In this document: piece by piece, positions 38,776-50,289 of the stretch
Layout: every line of letters starts with the position of its first letter
How positions within the stretch are numbered: position 1 is the first letter of the stretch
From: Pseudogymnoascus verrucosus
Taxonomy: Eukaryota
Assembly: GCA_001662655.1 (NCBI GenBank)
Contig: KV460223.1
Length of the DNA stretch: 64,000 bases
Direction: 5' to 3' (one strand)
Position numbers and translations under genes: made by a program
Notes under the pieces: model-generated
Told to the model about the DNA's origin: nothing
The model's database searches: none
What the model saw: only the letters and a program-made list of their open reading frames with translations

Positions 38776-39428
38776 TCGTGCAGGATTCTACTATGACCAG
38801 GTTCTCGTGCCTATGCGGAGGCCATATATAAAGTGGTATTACTACGAGTAGCGGTTTGGCGAGCCAACGGAAGCGTTGCAGATATCTGTGCGACACGCGG
38901 ATACAAATTATAGAACAGGCTCCATTGTCGCACCAACAAGGGCTGGAGCCGCGACAATGTTGATGGGCAGGCTTCCTTTGAAACGGCCATCCGCACATAC
39001 AGTTGTTACAAGCCTCGACGATAGATGATGGGTGGGCTCCAGCTCAAGCGCCTCGGATGATAGATGATGAGCTGTATACCAAGCTGCTTGAGTGATAGAT
39101 GAGAAGCGTTAGAAGACACAATCCACCCAAATATAAATCCGGTGTTTTCATGAATAATATCAGCAGTGGCATTGGCCCATTTCATTCACAACGATCCATT
39201 GTAATTATGAACAGCCATAAAATAGACCATGTACGAACTGCGCCAGGTGAAGAAAACATCCGCCACTATACCACATGATATCCGCCCCCTTCCAGCCGCC
39301 ACCCCTCTATTAGATCAATAACCCCATTCCCTCCCCCATCCGCGTCACGGGTCCAATATCCCGACGCACCCCCTCCATCAACCCATCACTACACTATACA
39401 CCCTCCCCCCCCGATCCTTTGAATTTAT

Positions 39429-39617
39429 CTATTTCTCGGGCCTGTTCGCACGACGGCGGAGCATCCACTTGTGGATGCACAACCAGGCGACGCCAAGCGC
39501 GACGACGCCAACAATACAGAACACGACTATGACACCAGCCTCCTGCCTGGCCCAGTTCTCACGCTTGGAGAGCTGCATGGCGACGTCGCGCGCGTCGAGG
39601 GTGTGGATGGTAGGCAT
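39429..39617 (-). CDS. 62-aa single-TM microprotein with a 5'UTR intron
   Basis: KRENWARQEAGVIVVFCIVGVVALGVAWL followed by a basic tail. Upstream GTGAGT (40007)..ACTAAC..CAG (39662) intron. Confidence 0.7.
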   Translation of the reverse strand: MPTIHTLDARDVAMQLSKRENWARQEAGVIVVFCIVGVVALGVAWLCIHKWMLRRRANRPEK

Positions 39618-40830
39618 CTTTGCGGAATTGACGACAATAAGCGCGATGCGGACGTGGCTTTCTGCGGTGGGATGTTAGTTCTGAGCGGAGAAGGCGTGAG
39701 GAAGCTCCGGATTGAATCGTATGTAATGGTGACGATGGGGAATGGGCGACGCGACGGGATGACGGGATGACGGGGAGTAAACAAGATCGTGTCGTCGATG
39801 CACAGAGTGCTGGCTCTGGGCTCGCTGGCTGTCCGGGGATCTTGTAAAGCACAAGCGTCGCCGGATTGTGGGGGAGATGGTCGTAGGGATAAGTCGGCAG
39901 TTCGTGATGCGATGTTTGGCGTGGACAAGCTTGGGTTCATCGGGCTTGGCGACGCAATTGACTGATGCCGGTGGAGAAGCAGACAGAGAGATGATGGGGA
40001 TACTCACAGGACGATATGTGCGGCGGTATTGTCAACAGCAGCTATGAACTGTTGATGAGTTGTGAGTTGGGGGAGAGTTGATTATGAGGTTTGTTTTTGG
40101 TGATGGAGATGCGGGCTGTCTGGGTGGTGAATCGACGACTGGGAGGTCTTTTCCTTGGAATGGGGAGAGGAGAAGAGAGAGCTAAGCTACAAACCGCATA
40201 ATCACGGGCGCTCGGCCGTCCATGATGGGTGGATGGAATGCGGTGTACATGGGTACGTGGGTTTTAAGTGGGGCTTGGGGCAACTCCCGCGGACGGGCAG
40301 TGGGTGGACACTGACAGCTGTCTGGCTAACGTGGGGTGTGATTGGTCGAACGGCTCAGTTCTAGACCCGCTCTAAAGCTTTTGTTTTTCATGATTGGATG
40401 TTTGATTGCACTAAAGTCGAGTTTGCCCCACTTTAGGAACAGGAGTGACGAAATGCATTTACAGCCAATGTAACTCGGATTGTCGCTTACGTAAGGGCTC
40501 TAAGAGCTCTATAGTGACTTGGCGTTTAATCTCTAGTGTCCGATTAGATAGAGGCTATACAAGCTGTCAGATATAAGATTTGAGGGTAAGTTAGAGTAGT
40601 GTAGCACCTAGAATGATCGACAACTCCCACCTCCTAAGTTATGGTAAAACTGTAAATACCTACCTTGAGCCTGAGCATGTTAAAGTAACTTCCCGCAGTG
40701 GGAGTCATCGGCCTATTCTAGGACTAGCGCCCATCACAGACGACGTTGGGACGGCACAAAAATGAGCAAAAAAACCATGACTCGCCATTGTCCTACGACA
40801 AAGGCATAGTACGTCGTCATATACGAAATC

Positions 40831-41954
40831 ATGAATTGGGATACCATCTGCTTCAATGGAAGCGCTTTTATAGCGGGCCTTTTCCTTCTCGAATTTGGTG
40901 CGGACCGCTTCATCGACCACACGGCGATAGTCGCTACCCGGCTCGGCGTCTCACAGACGTTGATAGCATTGCTCACAGCAGGGGCAGAATGGGAAGAGGT
41001 TTGAGCTCTTACCGCATCCCCGGGGCTGGCCTTGGTTAACTGATATAGCTTGTCGTCGTCGTGGCTTCTGTCCTCCAAAATCGCTCTTCGCTCGCAATAG
41101 GCAATGTCGTCGGATCCTCAATCTCAAATATCCTGGGCGCATTCTCCTTAGGCCTCCTATTCTACCCGGGCCGAATGGTTTTTGATCGAAGCGCCAAGTT
41201 GTATGCAGCTATACTATTTCTAATCACCACGGTGTTTACCGTTGTAGCTCTGACGACAGGCCTCGGCAAGGTCGTGGGAGGCCTTTTCATCGCAGCGTTT
41301 GCAGTGTATTTGGTGTCAATCGGCTACGGTATTTATAGGGGCGTGCTAGATGCCCCAGAGCGCCTGGATAGCGACAGCGAAAGCGACAGCGACGATGACG
41401 AAGGCGCCAATGGCAGCGACTCAGAGGCACAGCGTCTACCTGCTGAAACATCGCCTCTTCTCGCCAACGGAGCTCAGGGGAATCGTTCCACGCACAAGCA
41501 CAGTCTTCTCTATCACAGTGCCCAGCTCGTCCTCGGCTTTCTGGCACTGTCACTATCGGGCTATGTTCTTTCCCACACCGCCGCCTCGATCGCTGACGAG
41601 TTCGGATTATCCAACACAGTCGTTGGCGTCACTGTTTTGTCATTCGCCACCACATTGCCTGAAAAGTTCGTGGCTGTTATCGGTGGCGCACGAGGGCATG
41701 GCGGTATCGTTGCTGCAAGTACGGCGGGAAGTAATATCTTCCTCCTTACCCTATGTCTTGGGGTAACGCTGGTGGCGGGCGATCAGGTGGAGCTTGCGGA
41801 TTCGGTGGTGCCATTCGAGTTGCTTGTTACTTGGGCTTCATCGGCGCTATTTTGCTTGCTTGTATTCACAGGATCAGAGCGCTGGGTTGGTGGTTTACTA
41901 TTGGTGTTGTATGTTGTGTTTATCGTGTTGGAGTTCACGGTATATAGAAGATGA
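40831..41954 (+). CDS. Ca2+/cation antiporter (Na_Ca_ex, YrbG-like)
   Basis: Exons 40831-40998 and 41049-41954. Alpha repeats GAEWEE|L..AIGNVVGSSISNIL and SFATTLPE..STAGSNIF, with an acidic central loop. Confidence 0.88.
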
Positions 41955-42100
41955 GCCATAAGCTATAACTGTGACGTATAGATATGTAGAAAACATGTCT
42001 AATCTATCTAGATTAAATAGCAACACTAGAGAAATGGGGGGCTACGGGTATGTCGAAGAGAATAAAATTAATTGACATGCCCGGTTATATAAGGACTTGG

Positions 42101-42600
42101 CTACACTAAATGAGCCTGCGCATCTCTATCTAGAATCTCAGATGCCTCCCTCGTGTCCGGACCAGCCCGCAAACACTGTGCGACCTTCACAGCTCTCAAC
42201 AAAGCTACCAACACATACAACTGCTAGGCCTCATTAAGTCCCTCGTCCGTGAGGAAGTCCATGACGTTCGCCGCCAGCCCCTGGGTGTCCTGAAGACCCC
42301 CCTCCTCTGCTGACAGGTCGATATTTTGGAAATCCACCTCGAATTCATCTATGAGTAGCTGGATGAGCGCCGGCGTACTCTTAAGCAGGTGATGTGGCCC
42401 CCCTGATATCTCTTCAGTCCGGCCAACATACGAAAGCCATGAGTCTAGGCGCATGAGTTCGACATTCTGCTCGTCGGCGTAATCCATCTGGTCGCGCTTA
42501 CATTTGTCAACTTGCCAGTCGTACGAATATAGAAGCTCTAGAGCTGGAATCACAGACTTAAAGGCTGGGATGCGAACTCTAGGATTCGGGCCATTTTAGC
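42101..42600 (-). pseudogene. 3' remnant of a fungal hypothetical gene with internal stop
   Basis: RIPAFKSVIPALELLYSY..RLDSWLSYVGR..EGLNEA*QLYVLVALLRAVKVAQC..AHLV*: the frame continues in protein-like fashion for 40 codons past the TAG at 42226-42224. Confidence 0.6.
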
Positions 42601-42692
42601 TTGATAGAGTAAGTTGGTTTAAAATGTATAAAAATCTACATCCTTTACATGACATTATATACTAACAAAACAACTAATCTAACGTACCAGAC

Positions 42693-43031
42693 TTAGCTCT
42701 TTACCATCGCTAATCCTTGACTCAAAAGCCCCTTTAAAGATGACATATCTAGCTTTTGATAACCCAAACCCTTTGACCAATACTCAGTCGCCCACCGGGC
42801 AATACCGCCTGCCACCGCGATTTTTATGACCTTCATCAAACTAGCGCCCAATCTGTTATCACGGCCTCTAATCTCGAAATCGGACCACCGCGGAAAAATG
42901 GTGCGCAGCCAATACAGCACCATCGGGTCTGGGTAGATGAACGTATTCTTCCCCATTTTCTTCGCACAGCGAATACGGTGAAATAGTACGAAGAAATGCA
43001 GACCCCTGTGAGACCGACGGTTGGCGGCCAC
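42693..43031 (-). pseudogene. Orphan terminal exon / gene fragment
   Basis: Protein-like ORF that starts just after a TTAAC..CATAG acceptor. I found no upstream exon. Confidence 0.35.
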
Positions 43032-43861
43032 TATGGTGAAATGTTAAGAACTTCATGGGGTGGCATTAGATTATGATTCTCGATTTTTTGAGGGGGTTTA
43101 CAATAATCAGGGTGTAATAAATTTATGATAATTGTCATGAATACTGGCTATCACGCACAGTCGCTCTTCTAGGCTCTTGGTGGCACGAAAACTAACTCCT
43201 TTATTAAAACTCTAGGTAATCTGAGGGTCTTTATTTTAATCATAATTTCTCTGAACCTTTTAGGCACGCGAACATAACAAGTTTTGTCACAGAGTGAATT
43301 CGATCTTCACCCACCACCCCAACTGTTCTTGCGACGACATAGCCGCTCAGCCGGTGCACATACCAAGACATGCGTATATAACTTCCAGCAATCAGAGGAT
43401 AGGCCAATAAACATATTAAGCGCTAGAAGAAGTTTCCTTCCCCGGACGAAGTGCGAGCTGCGCCACTAGTGACACTGCAATAGAGTATCGGAGCAGCTCT
43501 GACCGAGATCTGCACATATATGGTTTGTGGGGTAAAGGGCGGGGAAGGGGCACCCCTGCAGGGACAGTGAACGGGCCGTAGTTGCTCCTGTGTGCTCGGT
43601 ATATGAAATTGCGATAGCGGTAGTTTCCCCTCAATATGAAACTCTATTCCGCCATCCCGTTCACCCGAGGACCATCGTCATGTCAACTAGATTGCACGGG
43701 AAATCTTTTGAGAACGTCCATCGCTACAATGCCATGTCAATTCGTCACTATCTAATATCCAGTTTATGCAGAAATTTATATAAAGGTAGGCTGGCGATGT
43801 GATTTATTAGATTTGAACAGTAAGATATTTCACTTCTTTCATATAATTTTTCTATTCCAAA

Positions 43862-44784
43862 ATGAAGGCCTCTTTCGCACTCTCGTCCTTGGCGGTTTTC
43901 GCCAGCTCTCTCGTGTCTGCAGCACCACAACATCCTTGCCGCGCTGACAAGCCGGCAGCATTCTTCTTAGCTGGCGATTCTACCACAGCTGTTAATGGAG
44001 GCATGCATAAACATCAACTATTGATGCTCTACAGCTCTAACATATCATAGGATGGGGTGATGGCTTCCTGACGACGCTCCAGAACGGCGCCATTGGCACC
44101 AACTTCGGCGACAGTGGCGCGACAACCGCATCTTTTGTTGCAGAAGGATACTGGGCAAAAGTCATCGCCGCAGTGAACGCAAACAAGGCGAAGTACACGC
44201 CTTATGTCACAATCCAGGTAAGCAACCCGCGTCCTCGCATTCCCTCGAAACACAGCACTTATGATCGTATAGTTCGGCCATAATGACCAGAAGTCCACCT
44301 CCGGCATCTCAGTGGCCCAGTTCATCACCAACATGGAGAACTTGGGCAAAGCCGTCCAGGCCGCAGGCGGCATTCCCGTGCGTCTCCACACCTCCTCTCC
44401 TTCCCGATCCTCATAAACTAACGCATTTACCAGGTCATCACGACCTCCCTAACCCGACGCACCTTCGACTCCAACGGTGTGATTGAGAACCTAGCTGAGC
44501 ACTCTGCCGCCGCCATCACGGCCGCGGGCAACATCGGCGCCGTGTATATCGACCTCAACAAGGCGAGCACGGCGTACGTCAACGCCATTGGCAAGGCCAA
44601 CGCGGCGCTCTACAACCTCAGCGCGAGCGACTACACTCACTTGAACACGGCTGGCGGCGTGGTGTTTGGGAACTTGGTGAGTGTGCTGCTTAACGGATTG
44701 GATAAGGCGGACATCACAGAGGGGACTGTGCCTGATGCTGACATCGCGGCGGCAATTGCGGCGGGAGAGTTTATCTTGCCATAG
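43862..44784 (+). CDS. Secreted SGNH/GDSL esterase, rhamnogalacturonan acetylesterase-like (CE12)
   Basis: Signal peptide; motifs LAGDSTTA..G|GWG, SGATT.SF, IQ|FGHNDQK and DYTH. Introns 44001-44050 (GC donor), 44218-44272 and 44378-44433. Confidence 0.88.
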
Positions 44785-45044
44785 GGGGTTCAGTGGCGAT
44801 GGAATAATCGGTTTGTGAGAGACAGAAGGGTTTCTATTGGCGATAGTATATATTTTGGACGATATTATGGCACATATAAAACACACCTTTGGGCTTGAGC
44901 CTTTTTGCAACCTACCATAACTTAGTATCGTAGCTAGGCCACAGAAACAGCGATTCTCTAAAATATCTGGGCAAACTTAGTCTTCGTGAACGTGTTATTC
45001 CATAGTTCTGGCTGAGTGGTTGACGAGGGTTTAACAGAGTGTGC

Positions 45045-45210
45045 GTGACAGAGAATGGGCGACAGAGAATGGGTGATCGAGGGTGAGTAATCGAGGATCG
45101 GTGATCGAAGATGGTGACTAATAAAGGGCAACAGAGGATGGGCGATGGAGAATGGGTAACAGAGGATACATGATCAAGGGTAGGTAATGAAGGATGGATG
45201 ACGGAGATGC
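45045..45210. repeat. ~14-bp degenerate minisatellite, ~12 copies
   Basis: Units such as GACAGAGAATGGGC, GATCGAGGGTGAGT and AACAGAGGATGGGC. Confidence 0.65.
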
Positions 45211-45358
45211 CATTCGTTTATAAATATACTAGTTAGTTAAATATCCATGATATAAACCACGCTTAAGCCACCGATGCAAGGATTTTCACATCTATAAAAT
45301 ATAACTAGCTCTATGACAAGGGTATTCCTGGTCTGTTAAGACGCCATATGAGATGCTT

Positions 45359-46191
45359 CTACTTCTGCACTAACAAAGCAACGCCGAGCGCAGCAGCCAG
45401 CGCAACTACAGCGCTACCTGGCACCGCTTTCGCTCCCATACTCTCTTCATACGGCACCTTGTTCTCTCCCCGCTCCGACGCAACATAACACCCCGTCTTA
45501 TTCACCTCTGGCGTCGTAGAAATGCTAAAACTGCGCACGCTATACGGCAGCACCGAGCAATCGCCTATGTAGGTGTCGCAGCTCCACTGGTGCCAGGCGT
45601 GGCTGGGGTCCGACGCACAGTCTGCGCCCTCAAACGTCCGGAACGTCATTACGTTGGTGTCAGGCTTTGAACCTTCTTTGCCCGACACAATGCCCGTTTG
45701 GAAACCGACGCGCGAGTAGCTGGCTGTCGCATTGTAGTTGCTATGGCCTTGGAGGTGGACGTCACACGTCGAGTTGCTAGGGTAGCATTCGTTTAACGGG
45801 GTCTTGCCTGAGGCGGTGAATAGGTCGGCGACGTTGTCTGCAAGAGTGTGAGCTATATAGGCCTCACATGGTGGGCTTTAATTCCCCGTAAGCTACTTAC
45901 AACAGGTGATGTTAGAGGAAAACCCCTCAAAGACTGTTATGTCTATGCCGCCATTCACGAAATAGCCATTGTTACTTGGCTTGCAAGGCGCGAAACCTGC
46001 CGTCTGTTCGGGTGTGGTAATCACCACACTCCAGACGGGGCTGCTGTCTTTGACACTACTTAAGTGAGAAAGTTGGCCGTGCGGATATGTGTGGATGGGG
46101 AGCCTGGGAAGAGGCTGGAGTCTTACAGCTGGGCATAAGAGGCGCTGGAGAACAGCAGAATAGCTGCTTCTACAAGTTTAAAAGAACGCAT
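45359..46191 (-). CDS. Secreted, probably GPI-anchored Cys-containing cell-surface protein (3 exons)
   Basis: Signal peptide MRSFKLVEAAILLFSSASYAQ, two GTAAG..AG introns and a hydrophobic C-terminal tail after SMGA (AVVALAAALGVALLVQK*). Confidence 0.75.
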
Positions 46192-47724
46192 GGCGATATT
46201 TTTTCCGTAGAACGGTGAGGACGAGAGATTCAACAGATAAGACCAAAGCCGAGGAAAAATCTAGCGGATGTAACGATGTACTCGTATTTGTCGTATTTAT
46301 CAAAGTTTAGTTATAGAAATACCCCTGTTGATACCCCTGTTGCTAAGGGCCACGCCGTTGGGGCGGCATCGGCGGCACCTACGTAGGCCAAGCCAACACT
46401 GCACTGAACTTGCTGCTCCGACTTGCATATCCGGCTTCTGGGGATGCTAACGACGCTCTGTGTGAAAGTAGACAATCTCGCACCAGTATCGTAAAATAGG
46501 CAAATCAAAATCGCCTCCATCACATTGCAACCCGAGACATAGTTTATATCTGTAACGCAAGTGGGTTGATCTCTGGTAAATATCTGACATGTACATCTTT
46601 CGGAAAGAGATAGACCTTAATATGAGGCCACATGTGAGTTAGAACCGCCCGTCCACACACCAGTCTCTGGCTTTTGGTGCTCATTGTCAAAGCTCGGTGA
46701 TCCCGGCACTCTTAGTCTTGGCTAAGGAATCGTGAATGGACAGGTATTTCGGGAAGTGGGAACTTCTGCAAACTCCAACACTGATCGACCGTTTTAATCC
46801 TAAAAAGCTTGTGATCGACAACAGCTCTGGCATGGGCACAAATCTCGCGCAAATCCTTGCTGGCTATAAGAAATCCTTCAAGTATCACCTGACGGCAACT
46901 CATGCCATCGAGCGAGTAGCTTCAGAGGCAACTATGCTATTAACATACTTGATAGGCTTCGAATTAGCACAGTTGGATTTCACTTGAGAATAGGCCCTAA
47001 CTTAGACATTAAGACGGGTGAAAGACTCGGAACACTATATACTTTGGAAGAACTAACAAAATATGCATACGAGCAATGGGAACAACTCCGCATTATACAT
47101 TTCAACACATGTAGCGAGACTCTCCTGATGGGTAGAGACCGGCGACATCGGTGAATGAACACTATAATCGGTTGTCTGCCTTTCTATCCCAAACACCTTG
47201 GCCTTGGCTCAGGACTGTAGCCATTAATTCCGGCAAGTGTTTCTCGTAAACGCCCCGAGGTCTGATTTTGTATCTATTGCATAGGTAAGCCGCAGTTGCG
47301 GTCTCACGCCCGCTAGTCTCAAGCCCGCCGGCCCCACGCCCCAAACGCTCCAAAGTTTGATCGTTTTGCCGTTTTGCCTTGAACGATGTCGCTGAAAAAT
47401 TGCTTTGGCAAATGTGCTTGGAGGTTGAGCCGCTTTTGCAAAATAATAGTAATAGAAGTGCCAAGCTGCCAAACGACTGCACCTACCCGACCCTAGCTAT
47501 AAATAAATGTGTGGCGCTCTTACCTCAGAACTACTACAGTGATCGAAACTCGTAATCGCTCTTCCGCATTACGATTCTTGACCCCAGTTTCGCACTGTCC
47601 CCCCCATCCTGCTTTTCTGTCGCTTAACCCTCCGTCTACTGCGTACATGTCATTTCTTCGTTGACTATCTCTTTCCCTACTATATAAACTTCAAAACAGC
47701 AGATCCAAATGACATATGAAATTA

Positions 47725-48363
47725 ATGGTTCGTCTAGATCTAGACGTCGATCCAGAGTCGAGTATTCTAGACTTCTCAGACATTAACAAGGTTAAGTAAC
47801 ATACACTTCTATTTCCTTCGGACGTAGCATTGCTAACAGCCTCTCAGGCGGTTAAGTCTGTGGTCCGCTAGCTATGGAACGAGAACACTACCCTGTACTT
47901 CGAACAACACCTAGTCGCTCGTGACGCAATCGCGACAGCGGTCCGAGAAGTAACGCACTCGACGGCGCTTGCCACTCCCACCTCGACACATTATAATCCA
48001 TATACACCTATTAACTAGGCTCTGACCTATCTCCTGCCACCGTATATCGCACACGTCGAGTCTGATCCTGGCGACCAGACTTCTACCCTTCTGCTACCTC
48101 TGCACATTGCACAGGCGGAAAGGGGTGACTTTAACGACGCGACCGAACTATAGAAGATCCCTTCCGATCAGACCTCTCCGGCCGCCTAACAGGATCTCGA
48201 GAACGGAAGCCAACCCCTATACTACTCATCTATCGAAAACGGAGACTCACTAGACAGCGAGCATGCGACCAATGATTTTCAGCGTTCTGCGAGCCTCGAG
48301 ATCTCCACTCCAGCTGAACATAACGATGTTAGTGGTAATGATGCTCATCCTAATGTACCGTAG
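47725..48363 (+). pseudogene. RIP-like pseudogene of unknown family
   Basis: MVRLDLDVDPESSILDFSDINK|intron|AVKSVVR*LWNEN..: one frame broken by four TAG/TAA stops, each explicable as CAG/CAA C->T. Confidence 0.55.
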
Positions 48364-48417
48364 TGAGGCCCTGAAGCTTAAATAAGACCTTTTTGTAAGT
48401 ATTAGGAGTGATAAGAG

Positions 48418-48585
48418 CTGGTCTTCGGGCTTGTATTCGCCAAACCACCAGAATTTGCCTTCCTTATCGACTGTGACGCCGCTGGCGTGGGTGTTTATCA
48501 GATTGCCGTCGGTGTCGTGCCACCGCCCGCCAGGCACAATGTACTTAGCTTGCGCGAGACCAAAGAGGAGGATAGAGAGCCGCAT
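48418..48585 (-). pseudogene. Truncated GH43 (exo-beta-1,3-galactanase-like) N-terminus
   Basis: Signal peptide + KYIVPGGRWHDTDGNLINTHASGVTVD..FWWFGEYK. The resemblance stops abruptly after about 56 codons. Confidence 0.7.
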
Positions 48586-48940
48586 AGTTAGTTAGCCGTT
48601 GAGGGATGGTTTTGAGGCATGTTATATATTGAGTCTGGTGGATCTACCCCGAATGCCGAATTGACAGTTTATCCACATCGCGATGCGGGGGATCGGCGGG
48701 GAAATGATACCAAGGTGCAGTATATATGTTCCGTTGAGCAGTGATGGTTGTAATTACGAATGATATAACCCTAATGTTCTACTCCGTCGCTCACCCCTGC
48801 TATTCTAACAATCGTAGCTATTCTTACAAGGCAAAAAAGACAAATCATGATTCTCATGCTAACATAAGCCAAGGCATCAACCGCGCATACTCGCGGTGCT
48901 TCTCAAGATCACTGTGCGCCAACGCTGTCACATCGTCTCT

Positions 48941-49702
48941 TTACACCACTGCAGCGATGTGGTTATCGATGAAACGATCCGCCTCTCTCTTTAGCATCAA
49001 GATACAACTCGCAACAACAAACGCCTCTACACGCTCGGGGCTGTCGTCGTTCCACATGCGCAGATCCATCATCAAGCGGCCCCCATTGCCGCCCGAGTAC
49101 TGCCTCGTGCCGGGGGTGCGGAACTCGTTGTTGCGAATGAGCTGCGCGATGCGTGAGCCGCTCTTGCTCTTCCCCTCGATCCGCTCCATTACAAGGAGCG
49201 AATCGGCGTTGCAAGCTGCTTGCTCCTCTCTGGTTCCGTAGCGCCACTCGAACTTCCCGAGCGATGTGTCAAAGACCTGCCCGCGCGAGGCCATCGAGCG
49301 ACTCTTCACTTCGACCAGCTCCCCGCGCACATTGTCGTTTTCGATGGCCTCCTCGACAGAGACGACGGAGTTGGGGGGGAGGATGCGCATCCGGGGGTGT
49401 CTCCCCAGGCCGAAGCGGTAGATGGTGGAGATGAGAGTGGCGTGGGGATCAGAGGCCCGGACGAGGGCGCACGAGTTGGAGTTCTTCTGGAGACGCATAG
49501 AGGCGTACTCGGCCTCGCTGGATTTAGGCCGGAAGACAAAGATGTTCTCTAGCGTCCGGCTGGTAAGCGCCTGGTTCACGTCATATCCGATGGCCTGGAT
49601 TTGGAGGTGGTTTGTTGGAGTGAAGTTGTTGGAGTAGTCTGGCGGAGGGTGCATGTCACCGTCGGACTTGGACGATTTTGATAATGATGAAAAGATACCC
49701 AT
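48941..49702 (-). CDS. Fungal hypothetical protein (~253 aa)
   Basis: Long ORF with C/G-ending codon bias; likely start MGIFSSLSK at 49702. C-terminal GNGGRLMMDL..VVASCILMLKREADR. Confidence 0.75.
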   Translation of the reverse strand: MGIFSSLSKSSKSDGDMHPPPDYSNNFTPTNHLQIQAIGYDVNQALTSRTLENIFVFRPKSSEAEYASMRLQKNSNSCALVRASDPHATLISTIYRFGLGRHPRMRILPPNSVVSVEEAIENDNVRGELVEVKSRSMASRGQVFDTSLGKFEWRYGTREEQAACNADSLLVMERIEGKSKSGSRIAQLIRNNEFRTPGTRQYSGGNGGRLMMDLRMWNDDSPERVEAFVVASCILMLKREADRFIDNHIAAVV

Positions 49703-50289
49703 GTTGGAGGAAGATGTGGTTGTATGTTGGTTAGTGATGATGGAGGTTTTACAGTAGTTATATACAATACCAGTGGCGCAGCATTGGCACCGCCCCAAAT
49801 CCCAGAGCTGTTGATTTGGGATTTGGAGATGGAGTGAATATCTGGGGAGCGGCACATTTGACTACAATAGGTTAGTGGTGGTGTCAGCGCCGGAAAAAGA
49901 GTTGTTGCGGTGATCTTTGGTAGGCGCAGTGACGCCATGGGGCGCTTTTCATGCGCGCCCGTGCATGGTTATCACCGTCGCTCAGCCTGCTCCTTGTCGT
50001 CGTAATTGCTGTGAAATCTGCATGCTATAAATGAGTGATGTAACTTTACAGATAATGGGAGGGGAGATTTTACGGATTTCACAGGAGACGGGAGATTTCA
50101 CAGGAGGTCGCGGATATCACAGAAGACGAGAGCATTCAGAGAAGAGTTCAATTGCTGATACCGCCAGCGAGCAGGGCACAGCAGTGCCATCCTATTGATG
50201 CCTTTACAGACGCTCACGCAGAATCGAGTGGTTAGTTCCTCTACCTCTTTGATTTCTACACCTAGAGAGCAACTTGACAAGTCAACTGC

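Noticed and set aside
46700..47165. Possible gene remnant (46736-46987 ORF)
   Set aside because: It looks vaguely protein-like, but I could not assign a family or a consistent frame.
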